This document shows positions 9,837 through 17,067 of a stretch of 64,000 bases of DNA, piece after piece. The notes below the pieces were generated by a model. It was not told where the DNA came from and did not search any database. It worked only from the letters and a program-made list of their open reading frames with translations. This DNA is from Bacteroidia bacterium (lineage in GTDB: Bacteria > Bacteroidota > Bacteroidia > B-17B0 > Aurantibacillaceae), in assembly GCA_035439445.1 (NCBI GenBank), contig DAORKG010000020.1, forward strand, positions 375-64,374, written 5' to 3'. The position numbers and the translations under genes are program-made. Position 1 is the first letter of the stretch; every line of letters begins with the position of its first letter.

Positions 9837-10576
9837 GAATGCCAAATCTCCCAAGCTTTGTCGGCTTGTAGTTTCAACATATTTAAACCATTTATAGTTA
9901 CCGCACCATTTGCTTTACCTTTTTGTAAAAACAAGGTTTCTTCGGGATTGTAAATTAAATCGTAAAGCAAATGTTCTGAGGTAATAAACTCAAAAGAAAT
10001 ATCCGGACAGGCATCTATTGTAGGATACATGCCCAATGGAGTACAGTTAATAATGAGTTTAAATGCATTCAATACATATTCATTTAACTCAGAGTAATGA
10101 AAATAATTAGCCGATTTTTTTTCTCCGCTTGTAACATAATAAAAATCAACATCAACATTTTTCAATGCATAAGCAATGGCTTTAGACGCACCTCCTGTTC
10201 CTAATATTAATGCACGTTGGTGAATGGGTTCTAAAAAAGGCTTAATGCTTTGTGCAAATCCATAATAATCGGTATTGTATCCAACTAAATATGGGGTATT
10301 ATTTTTCCAAGTAATTTTAATACAGTTAACAGCACCAATTTCTTTGGCAGTCACATCTAATTCATTTAGAAAAGGAATTACTGATTCTTTGTATGGTTTA
10401 GTCACATTTAAACCAGATAACTTGTTATCTATAATTATTTGAAATAAATTATCTAAGTTTTCTAAATCAAAATTAGAATACTGAAAACCTTCTTTATCTT
10501 CTTTGATAAATTTTGATTCTAAATAAGATTTAGAAAAAGAGTGTGACAACGATTTGCCGATGAGACCAAAATGCAT
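9833..10576 (-). CDS. aroE: shikimate dehydrogenase
   Basis: MHFGLIGKSLSHSFSKSY..., NVTKPYK, NTDYYGF, LGTGGASKA. Confidence 0.85.
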   Translation of the reverse strand: MHFGLIGKSLSHSFSKSYLESKFIKEDKEGFQYSNFDLENLDNLFQIIIDNKLSGLNVTKPYKESVIPFLNELDVTAKEIGAVNCIKITWKNNTPYLVGYNTDYYGFAQSIKPFLEPIHQRALILGTGGASKAIAYALKNVDVDFYYVTSGEKKSANYFHYSELNEYVLNAFKLIINCTPLGMYPTIDACPDISFEFITSEHLLYDLIYNPEETLFLQKGKANGAVTINGLNMLKLQADKAWEIWHS

Positions 10577-10583
10577 TCGGTTT

Positions 10584-11246
10584 TTATAAATCTCTTTCGT
10601 CAGTAATTTGATCTGCTTTGAATGGCTTTAAATCAAACACAAATACATTATCTGCAATTTCGGCATTAGCCTTAAATGATTTAATCTCGTAACTTTGAGT
10701 ACTGCCGTCTTTCATCATCATTACCAATTTAGCGACTTGTTTTTTTGCTTTGTCAACAAACAATTTCACTGTATGAAATTTCTTTTTCTCAGGCTTGACA
10801 GATGGATATAAAGTAATAACATGACAAACAGCTACTCCTACTTTTTCCTCTTTATCATATTTATATTTATAACCCGTTTCATACATCGTGAAAATTTTAG
10901 AAGGATTTAATTGATCTTCGTTATTAGCTTCAAAATTTTTGATAGTTACTTCATTCGCATCTTTATTATGAGCCCAAATAGTTTTACCATCGCACACAAT
11001 TGTATTCCCCGGAATATCTAATTTAAACTTAGATCCTTTTACCTGAACTTTGCCTGTTTGTTTTTCTGTTTGCTTTTTATCTTTATTTAAGATAGTGAAG
11101 ATGTACTCAGAAGTAATTGTTTTATAAGCTTTGGTAACTTTACTTAATTCATCTAAAACAGATTTTGCTTTTGGGTCCTGGTCTTGAGCAAATGAACTGA
11201 ATGTTGATAGAGTGATGGTTGCTATTAATAAGAATATTTTTTTCAT
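10584..11246 (-). CDS. LolA-like outer-membrane lipoprotein carrier protein
   Basis: Signal peptide MKKIFLLIATITLSTFSSFAQ. Size and pattern (AKSVLDELSKV...FKANAEI.DNVFVFD) are typical of the LolA family. Confidence 0.65.
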   Translation of the reverse strand: MKKIFLLIATITLSTFSSFAQDQDPKAKSVLDELSKVTKAYKTITSEYIFTILNKDKKQTEKQTGKVQVKGSKFKLDIPGNTIVCDGKTIWAHNKDANEVTIKNFEANNEDQLNPSKIFTMYETGYKYKYDKEEKVGVAVCHVITLYPSVKPEKKKFHTVKLFVDKAKKQVAKLVMMMKDGSTQSYEIKSFKANAEIADNVFVFDLKPFKADQITDERDL

Positions 11247-11472
11247 AATTGTTTTCCGGTTTAAGTCTTTATTAAAGACATCATTAAATTTCACAATGCC
11301 AACAGTAAGTCAATGGCCGTGCCAAATTAGAACGCAAAAATATATAAAAAGTTTAAATCTGTTAATTTTATAAATAAACAAGGCAAATACATGTTATTAA
11401 AGATAATCCTGACTCTCGAAAAAAATAATTAAAATATTTTCGAAAAAATTTTTGTGGTTAAGAAAAATGTTT

Positions 11473-11480
11473 TAAATTTG
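11473..11480 (+). promoter_or_regulatory. -7 box TAAATTTG upstream of tRNA-Asp
   Basis: Matches TAnnTTTG, 28 nt upstream of the mature tRNA 5' end. Confidence 0.45.
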
Positions 11481-11507
11481 CACTCCCAATTCGAAAGAAG
11501 GGAAGCT

Positions 11508-11581
11508 GGTCCGGTAGTTCAGCTGGTTAGAATGCCGCCCTGTCACGGCGGAGGTCGCGGGTTCGAGTCCCGTCCGGACCG
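11508..11581 (+). tRNA. tRNA-Asp (anticodon GUC)
   Basis: Hand-folded cloverleaf. Acceptor GGTCCGG/CCGGACC plus discriminator G. Anticodon stem CCGCC/GGCGG with loop CTGTCAC. T-arm GCGGG-TTCGAGT-CCCGT. 74 nt, CCA not encoded. Confidence 0.95.
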
Positions 11582-11586
11582 CAAAA
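11568..11586. repeat. attL: 19-bp direct repeat TCCCGTCCGGACCGCAAAA (3' end of tRNA-Asp)
   Basis: Identical 19-mer recurs at 34699-34717. Confidence 0.8.
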
Positions 11587-11587
11587 A

Positions 11588-11625
11588 CCCTCTAGAAGCA
11601 TTGATTCTAGAGGGTTTTGCTTTTT
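11588..11625 (+). terminator. terminator after tRNA-Asp (island-supplied)
   Basis: CCCTCTAGAA-7 nt-TTCTAGAGGG, followed by TTTTGCTTTTT. Confidence 0.7.
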
Positions 11626-11833
11626 AGGTTAAACATAGGTAAAACATTGCTTTCTGTTCATAACTTTCACCTATTTAGTCCTCAAAACACCCAAAATAGT
11701 TCCCTAATACTTTATCCATACCTATGGTATGGATTATCTATAAGCAAACCACTTAAAAAGAGTTCTTTTTTACCCAAATTACATTGATTGGACGCAATCG
11801 CATCCGATTGATTATTAATACTTTAACTTAATT

Positions 11834-11841
11834 TACTTTTG
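11834..11841 (+). promoter_or_regulatory. -7 box TACTTTTG for the 11946-13560 operon
   Basis: Matches TAnnTTTG, ~105 nt upstream of the ATG at 11946. Confidence 0.35.
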
Positions 11842-11945
11842 TATTGTCAAACGATTTCTATTCGCGATATGAATGAAATTTGACCATTTTGAAGACTGAC
11901 TGCGCAGCAGTTGACAAAGTGCCAAATCAATTAAAAATCACAATT

Positions 11946-12695
11946 ATGGCAAGACAAAAAGGAATCATAAAGTTAAAAGGTAAAATCGGAGATTTATCCT
12001 TTTACAAAACACAGGATGGCCATTTAGCTCGTGAAAAAGGTGGTGTGGATGCCAGTCGTATAGCTAACGACCCGGCATTTATCAGAACCCGAGAAAACGG
12101 CGCTGAATTCGGTTCGTCTGCTAGCTCAGGAAAGCTAGTTAGAAATACTTTAAGACCATTGCTTATGACAGCTTCTGATAATCGTGTGACATCACGATTA
12201 ACGAAGTTGATGACTGATATTAAAAACCTTGACGCAACCTCTGTAAGAGGCAAAAGAACAGTTGGCGTTGCCATTACTCTTGCTCCTGCAAAGGCGTTGT
12301 TAAAAGGCTTTAATTTCAACGACAAAGCAATTTTAGGAAGTATTTTATTTAAACCTTTTGCAGTGACTACTGCAACTGGAGTAATTACCATTAATGGACT
12401 TATCCCTGCAAATGATATTGCGTTTCCTGCTGGAGCAACGCATATCAATATCAAAGGCGCTTGGGCTAAAGTGGATTTTGCAAACAATGTTTCTGATATT
12501 AAGTATTCAAACGTAGTGAATCTACCACTTAATGCTGTATCATCAAACGTTGTTTTAACTCCAACAGCTGCGGCAACTGGTGCAGGAACAAATTTGTTCA
12601 TGTTGCAAATTGAATTCTTACAAATGGTAAATACCGTTCAATATTCTCTTAAAAATGGCGCTTACAACGCATTAAGCGTTGTTGAGGTAGCCTAA
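11946..12695 (+). CDS. hypothetical protein (249 aa), conserved-looking N-terminus MARQKGIIKLKGKIGDLSFYKTQDGHLAREKGG
   Basis: Long ORF, no signal peptide, Ala/Thr/Asn-rich beta-type C-terminal half. ATG at 11946 preferred over TTG at 11880. Function unknown. Confidence 0.7.
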   Translation: MARQKGIIKLKGKIGDLSFYKTQDGHLAREKGGVDASRIANDPAFIRTRENGAEFGSSASSGKLVRNTLRPLLMTASDNRVTSRLTKLMTDIKNLDATSVRGKRTVGVAITLAPAKALLKGFNFNDKAILGSILFKPFAVTTATGVITINGLIPANDIAFPAGATHINIKGAWAKVDFANNVSDIKYSNVVNLPLNAVSSNVVLTPTAAATGAGTNLFMLQIEFLQMVNTVQYSLKNGAYNALSVVEVA

Positions 12696-12701
12696 CTCAA
12701 A

Positions 12702-12731
12702 AGCCCTAGGCATAAATGCCTGGGGCTTTTA
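12702..12731 (+). terminator. intra-operon hairpin (attenuator/terminator)
   Basis: AGCCCTAGGCA-TAAA-TGCCTGGGGCT (11 bp, one G-U), followed by only TTTT. Confidence 0.5.
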
Positions 12732-12766
12732 AACCAATAAAATATTAATCATTAAAAACATTCAAA

Positions 12767-12994
12767 ATGAATCTTATAGACAGATTAAAAGCACCAACTC
12801 CAAAGTTCTTTAAAATATTAAGAAATGTTGGATTAGGATTAGCTGCCGCAGGCGGCGTAATTGTGGCATCGCCAATAGCTATCCCTACAATTATTGTAAC
12901 CATAGGTGGTTATTTAATTGTAGCAGGAAGCGTAGCGACTGCTATTAGCCAAGCAGTAACAACTACTGAAGGCGAAAATGTAAAAAGTAACTGA
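12767..12994 (+). CDS. small membrane protein (75 aa, two hydrophobic helices)
   Basis: VGLGLAAAGGVIVASPIAIPTIIVTIGGYLIVAGSVATAI is Gly/Ala-rich TM sequence. Confidence 0.6.
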   Translation: MNLIDRLKAPTPKFFKILRNVGLGLAAAGGVIVASPIAIPTIIVTIGGYLIVAGSVATAISQAVTTTEGENVKSN

Positions 12995-13021
12995 ATAGTA
13001 ATTATTAAAATCATTATAAAA

Positions 13022-13360
13022 ATGACTGAAGAAAAAAATCAAACCGAAAAAACTCAAACTATTGTTGAGTTACAAGTTTTGCCATGTGCTAACGAAGTAG
13101 CAAAGGCAAAACAAAATGTTGAGGTATTGAATCATGAAAACCAAGATGATCCTCCATGCGGTAAAATTATTTTAACTGTTACTTGTAACGGTTCAAAATT
13201 AACCAAAGCAGATGCAGGTTATAATGCTGAACAAACTTATGAGATTTGGGCAGGTGCAAAACTAACAAAAGCTGATGCTGGAAAAATGCCTGACATTGAT
13301 GTTAGTGTGCATGAAAAATGTGGTTCAAAATTAACTAAAGCTGATTCAGGCAAAGCTTAA
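13022..13360 (+). CDS. hypothetical protein with three G[SA]KLTKAD[AS]G repeats
   Basis: GSKLTKADAG / GAKLTKADAG / GSKLTKADSG. The repeats are visible at DNA level at 13189-13218, 13251-13280 and 13322-13351. Confidence 0.6.
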   Translation: MTEEKNQTEKTQTIVELQVLPCANEVAKAKQNVEVLNHENQDDPPCGKIILTVTCNGSKLTKADAGYNAEQTYEIWAGAKLTKADAGKMPDIDVSVHEKCGSKLTKADSGKA

Positions 13361-13371
13361 AAAAATAGATT

Positions 13372-13560
13372 ATGTCAACACACAATAACATAGAAAGCGG
13401 AACAATCTTGGGTACTGTTTCCGGAACGGTTTTAACCGTAGCTGTGAACGTGGGTTCATCAGATATTTTAAAAACAGTTATTCTTGCTTCACTTGGTGCG
13501 GTGGTTAGTTTTAGCGTATCTTTGTTGTTGAAGTATTTAGTCAAAAGACTAAAAGAATAG
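13372..13560 (+). CDS. small membrane protein (62 aa)
   Basis: GTILGTVSGTVLTVAVNVG...VILASLGAVVSFSVSLLLKYL with a basic C-terminus. Holin-like architecture. Confidence 0.55.
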   Translation: MSTHNNIESGTILGTVSGTVLTVAVNVGSSDILKTVILASLGAVVSFSVSLLLKYLVKRLKE

Positions 13561-13581
13561 TTTTTTAATTGTTTAGGTTTA

Positions 13582-13617
13582 AGGTCGTCAGCTTGTAGTT
13601 GACGACCTTTTTTTTAT
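13582..13617 (+). terminator. operon terminator
   Basis: AGGTCGTCA-9 nt-TGACGACCT, followed by T8. Confidence 0.8.
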
Positions 13618-13714
13618 TTGGTTTTCATACAAAGCTACCAGTTATGTGCCAAAACTAACCAGTTACAAAGTGAGAGTTGCCACTTATTTGATAATTGGTA
13701 GTTTTGTGCCCCTT

Positions 13715-14101
13715 ATGCCAAAAGTCAAAACCCGAACGGCTGAAATCTATCTTGATAAGGATTTGATTTTGCATATAGTCATGTTAAATGACGTTGTTGT
13801 AGATTATGAAGATGCACTTGATAATTTTTTAGTTGTAAAACGATTCGTTAAAGAACGACATTGCTGTAAATTAATTGACATACGATGTAAATGTCATTTT
13901 GAAGCCAAAGCAAAGCAGTTTTTAGACACTAAAGATGTGCAAGGAAAAACATTATGTCGTGCACTATTAATCAATAGTAGCGTAAAGAAAATAACCTTAA
14001 ATTATTTCTTGAAATTCAACTCACAAAAAGTACCAACCAAATTTTTCACTGAATATAATGAGGCCATCAGTTGGCTGAAAAGTTACAAGCAAACTATATA
14101 G
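13715..14101 (+). CDS. hypothetical protein, STAS/SpoIIAA-like (DUF7793-like) fold suspected
   Basis: MPKVKTRTAEIYLDKDLILHIVMLND...AKAKQFL...ALLINSSVKKITLNYFLKF resembles SpoIIAA-like small domains. TAGTTTTG -7 box sits just upstream of the ATG at 13715; the ORF track starts at GTG 13646. Confidence 0.4.
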   Translation: MPKVKTRTAEIYLDKDLILHIVMLNDVVVDYEDALDNFLVVKRFVKERHCCKLIDIRCKCHFEAKAKQFLDTKDVQGKTLCRALLINSSVKKITLNYFLKFNSQKVPTKFFTEYNEAISWLKSYKQTI

Positions 14102-14524
14102 TTACTTTTTTAAATATTTATAAAACAAAGCTTTGCGCAATTGCATTAAATTAGAAAGTTGCTGTTGCAGATTAGTTTGATGCAACTCAATTTGAGCTAA
14201 AGCTTTTTGAACATCATAAAATGAGCGATTGCCAGAATTAACTGAATTTAAAACCTCATCTAAAACATCAATAACATCCCCTAAGCGAACAAACTCAATC
14301 ACTGAGCCTTTGAGATAAGGACGCAATAAACGAAGCTCCCAAATGCCTTGCAGCATGAAATAATAAAAATCCCTTTCATTTTTATCATCTGCCAGGAAAA
14401 CAAAAGAATTGCAGACATAATGCCTAAATGGCTTGCCTGAGTTGAGCCCTTTATTTAAAATAAAGAAATGTGGTTGATTGTAGATTTTACCTGATTTGTG
14501 GGTTTTGATTTTTGATTTAAGCAT
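14102..14524 (-). CDS. solitary single-TRD HsdS-like protein (140 aa)
   Basis: NSGKP...NSFVFLADDKNERDFYYFMLQG...LRPYLKGSVIEFVRLGDVIDV, then coiled coil LAQIELHQTNLQQQLSNLMQLRKALFYKYL. Pattern resembles half of a type I R-M specificity subunit. No hsdM or hsdR nearby. Confidence 0.4.
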   Translation of the reverse strand: MLKSKIKTHKSGKIYNQPHFFILNKGLNSGKPFRHYVCNSFVFLADDKNERDFYYFMLQGIWELRLLRPYLKGSVIEFVRLGDVIDVLDEVLNSVNSGNRSFYDVQKALAQIELHQTNLQQQLSNLMQLRKALFYKYLKK

Positions 14525-14898
14525 AATTATGGATTTAAAAATTATGCTGCCCGCATAGCGCTATCGCGCAAGCCCCTTAATATTTTGAAAAGAAAAAACT
14601 AAAAAAACTGAACTAAAAAGCCCAGAAAAAAATGAAAAAAGAAAGCATTTTGAAAAAGGCTTGGAACGATAGGTTGCAAGGTTTTTGCATAAAAAATACT
14701 ACCTGAATGTAGCGAGTTAAAAACTGTACCGTTAAAAAAGCGAAATGAAGTGTGGAGATTTTTTATGCAAAATTCATCTTGACCTTGCATACCAAAAGTG
14801 AAGAGCCTTAAATTGCTGCACTTTTTTTATTTTGATTAACATTTGAAGTCTCTAATTCTCTATTAGCTCCTTTTAGTTTATCAATCATAAATAAAGTT

Positions 14899-15759
14899 CT
14901 AATTACTCCAATTCAAAATGTTATCTTGAATACTAATATGATGTGCTTCAATATTTCCAATTTGTCGAAAATCAAATTTCCCTATTTCATTTTTATAGAC
15001 CTGAAATTCGTCACATAATGCATTCGTCAGTTCGATATTATCTGGTGTAATAAATGTACTAGATATAGCCCAGTTTACTCCAATTTGTTTTGAGGGAACG
15101 CTTGGATAACATATAGCGTGGGCTTTACCTTTGGCATGCAACAGAGCTAAATTACAATATGCTGTTGTAATAATATAAGTCTTCAAATCTCTTTTAGCAG
15201 GTAGTCTAAATTTATTAGCCAAGTATCTGAAAAAAGTATGATTTGCCTCTTTTAAATCTTGCTCTTGATCTTTTACTAAGTCATCATATACAGCACCATA
15301 ATATTTATCATATTCTGAAATGCGACTATCCATATCAGGAAATGTGACTATTATTGAAGACATTTGGGACTTAATCATCCATCTACCGATTGTTACCCTG
15401 AACACATCACCTACATTTTTAGTTTCAATCCAATTTTCAATTAATTCGAAATAAGAGATAGGGCGATTTTCAGAGCAATAAAAAACATTTTGACCTGGTC
15501 TATTACAGCGCGCAAAATAATTTATTGCATCCTTTGGAGGTAAGGATATTTGACTAATTTTTTCGAAAAAATCAATATCTACATGGGTTCGAGTTCTGAA
15601 AACAGGCATGTTTACTTTCTCTTCAAAAAGTATAACTGGAAAATTTATTAATTTACTATAAGCTAAAATTGCTTTTTCGTAACAGTATTCATCATTGGGA
15701 TTAAGAGCTTCTAATGAATCAATAATTTCATTTACATTTTTAACTAGCATAAAAAGCAT
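14899..15759 (-). CDS. RES-domain protein (toxin-like, NAD+-targeting family)
   Basis: ARCNRPGQNVFYCSENRPISYFEL (Arg, Tyr, Glu) and AICYPSVPSKQIGVNWAI (Ser) match the R-E-S signature spacing. 286 aa. Confidence 0.55.
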   Translation of the reverse strand: MLFMLVKNVNEIIDSLEALNPNDEYCYEKAILAYSKLINFPVILFEEKVNMPVFRTRTHVDIDFFEKISQISLPPKDAINYFARCNRPGQNVFYCSENRPISYFELIENWIETKNVGDVFRVTIGRWMIKSQMSSIIVTFPDMDSRISEYDKYYGAVYDDLVKDQEQDLKEANHTFFRYLANKFRLPAKRDLKTYIITTAYCNLALLHAKGKAHAICYPSVPSKQIGVNWAISSTFITPDNIELTNALCDEFQVYKNEIGKFDFRQIGNIEAHHISIQDNILNWSN

Positions 15760-15770
15760 TTATTGTATAA

Positions 15771-15778
15771 CAAATATA
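15771..15778 (-). promoter_or_regulatory. -7 box TATATTTG for the RES gene
   Basis: Reverse complement of CAAATATA, 12 nt upstream of the ATG at 15759. A T5 run and small GC hairpin lie immediately upstream on the - strand. Confidence 0.4.
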
Positions 15779-15780
15779 GG

Positions 15781-16535
15781 TAAAAAGCGCCTGCGGCGTG
15801 CGGTGGGATGAGGTTGCAAATAGTGAATGAAGTGAAAGTGCATCCTGAAAGGTGCGCTGAACGAAATGAATGGTTTGCAATCCGTTGTGCGGCGAGCCAC
15901 CTGCGAGTGGAGCGAGGGTGTGCAGCACGGGAGCACGAAGAGGTACGATGAGGGCGGGTGCAAACTATGTTGCCAGTGTGGCGAAATAAATAAAGCATCT
16001 GCTTTGATTTATGCCACACGATAGACAACACGAAGCAAAACTAAATGCAAGCAAAGCAATTTATTGCTTACCGCTTAGCGGCTTGCATAAGTTTTGCTGA
16101 AGCCCGAGCGACCCAGCAGGCGAGCTGAAAAGTTGGCAGCCGGTGGACTGAAAGCTGCTGAAATGAATGAAGTGAAATGGCACCCAGTGAAAGTAGTGAA
16201 ACGGATGTAACGGGTGAATAATGAAACGAAATGAATAAAGTTGCTTGAAGGACAAAGAAGGCTGCCGTGACGAAAGTACGTGCAAATTGCAAAATGTGTG
16301 ACAAACCCAAAGCCCTAAAGGGCAAAATAGCTTATGCGAAATGCCTTGAAAAGATAAAGCAGAGCATGGGCTATTTTGGTTTGGCGCATCTTTTTGCTTT
16401 GCACCTGCTGAGGAACGCCACTTTACCTGTTCGAGAAATGCGTTAGCGATTGTAGCGAATATCCTTTTTATCCTATAGGGTAAAAAGATAGTAGCGGAAA
16501 GCGCGACCGAAGGGAACGCTCAATAAAATCTATTA
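15781..16535. other. G+C/purine-rich ORF-free block: candidate structured ncRNA or REP-like repeat cluster
   Basis: Hand count ~349/740 G+C for 15781-16520, versus 19/60 in the adjacent coding line. Only mutually overlapping 62-95 aa - strand ORFs. Many local helices and an internal duplication of 14-nt and 12-nt exact motifs. Confidence 0.5.
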
Positions 16536-17060
16536 TTATAAAATTATATTTGATTTTCTAAAATAATTGTAATCATGTAACTTCTCATCTGATGTATCTG
16601 CAAATCCTAAAAATTCTATTAATCTATTCTTTTCATTACCAAATAAAAACAGTTCCATATCTATCTTGTTTTCTACAGATGTAACCCAGCCGAAAAAGGA
16701 TGCGGAATTTAAAATATCTAGTAATTTCCTTCTAACAGGGGAATCATATTTTTTAATGTTTAAATAATCAACATCAGTTTCAGTAGGGTATTTTTTTAAA
16801 TAAATATCAGAAAGAGATGAGATTCTATATTCGTTAGACATATTTTCTCTTTCATATTTACTAACAGCGTATAATACCGAGAAGCTTTTAATTGTCTTCC
16901 AAATTTGAATTTTTTCGTTAGAAGCTCTCTCTGAAGATGAAGTTGCATCTGCATTAAAACCGAAAAACATATCAGGTTCATATCCTGTTGTTAATGCTCT
17001 TCTAAAGAAATAAGTATCGGCTTTAACAAAATACTCTTTTTTATTTTCAATAATTGACAT
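16536..17060 (-). CDS. hypothetical cytoplasmic protein (174 aa)
   Basis: No signal peptide. Lies 7 nt downstream of the last T9SS cargo gene on the same strand. No recognisable motif. Confidence 0.55.
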   Translation of the reverse strand: MSIIENKKEYFVKADTYFFRRALTTGYEPDMFFGFNADATSSSERASNEKIQIWKTIKSFSVLYAVSKYERENMSNEYRISSLSDIYLKKYPTETDVDYLNIKKYDSPVRRKLLDILNSASFFGWVTSVENKIDMELFLFGNEKNRLIEFLGFADTSDEKLHDYNYFRKSNIIL

Positions 17061-17067
17061 TTAAAAC

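Noticed and set aside
12002-12601. 199-aa antisense ORF opposite the 249-aa island gene.
   Set aside because: It lies fully inside a better-supported + strand gene that has a promoter and terminator. The Ala/Val-rich product is typical of the shadow frame of an Ala/Thr-rich gene.
14599-14790. 63-aa ORF in the spacer downstream of the RES gene.
   Set aside because: Phe-rich product derived from A/T runs, with no promoter or RBS-like context. The region is better explained as non-coding (see the motif-copy finding).
15740-16325. Five overlapping - strand ORFs of 62-95 aa in the ORF track (15740-15928, 15744-16031, 15760-15963, 16061-16285, 16068-16325).
   Set aside because: They overlap one another in different frames and have Arg/Cys/His/Ser-rich low-complexity products with no start context. 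They exist only because the region is GC-rich. Treated as non-coding.
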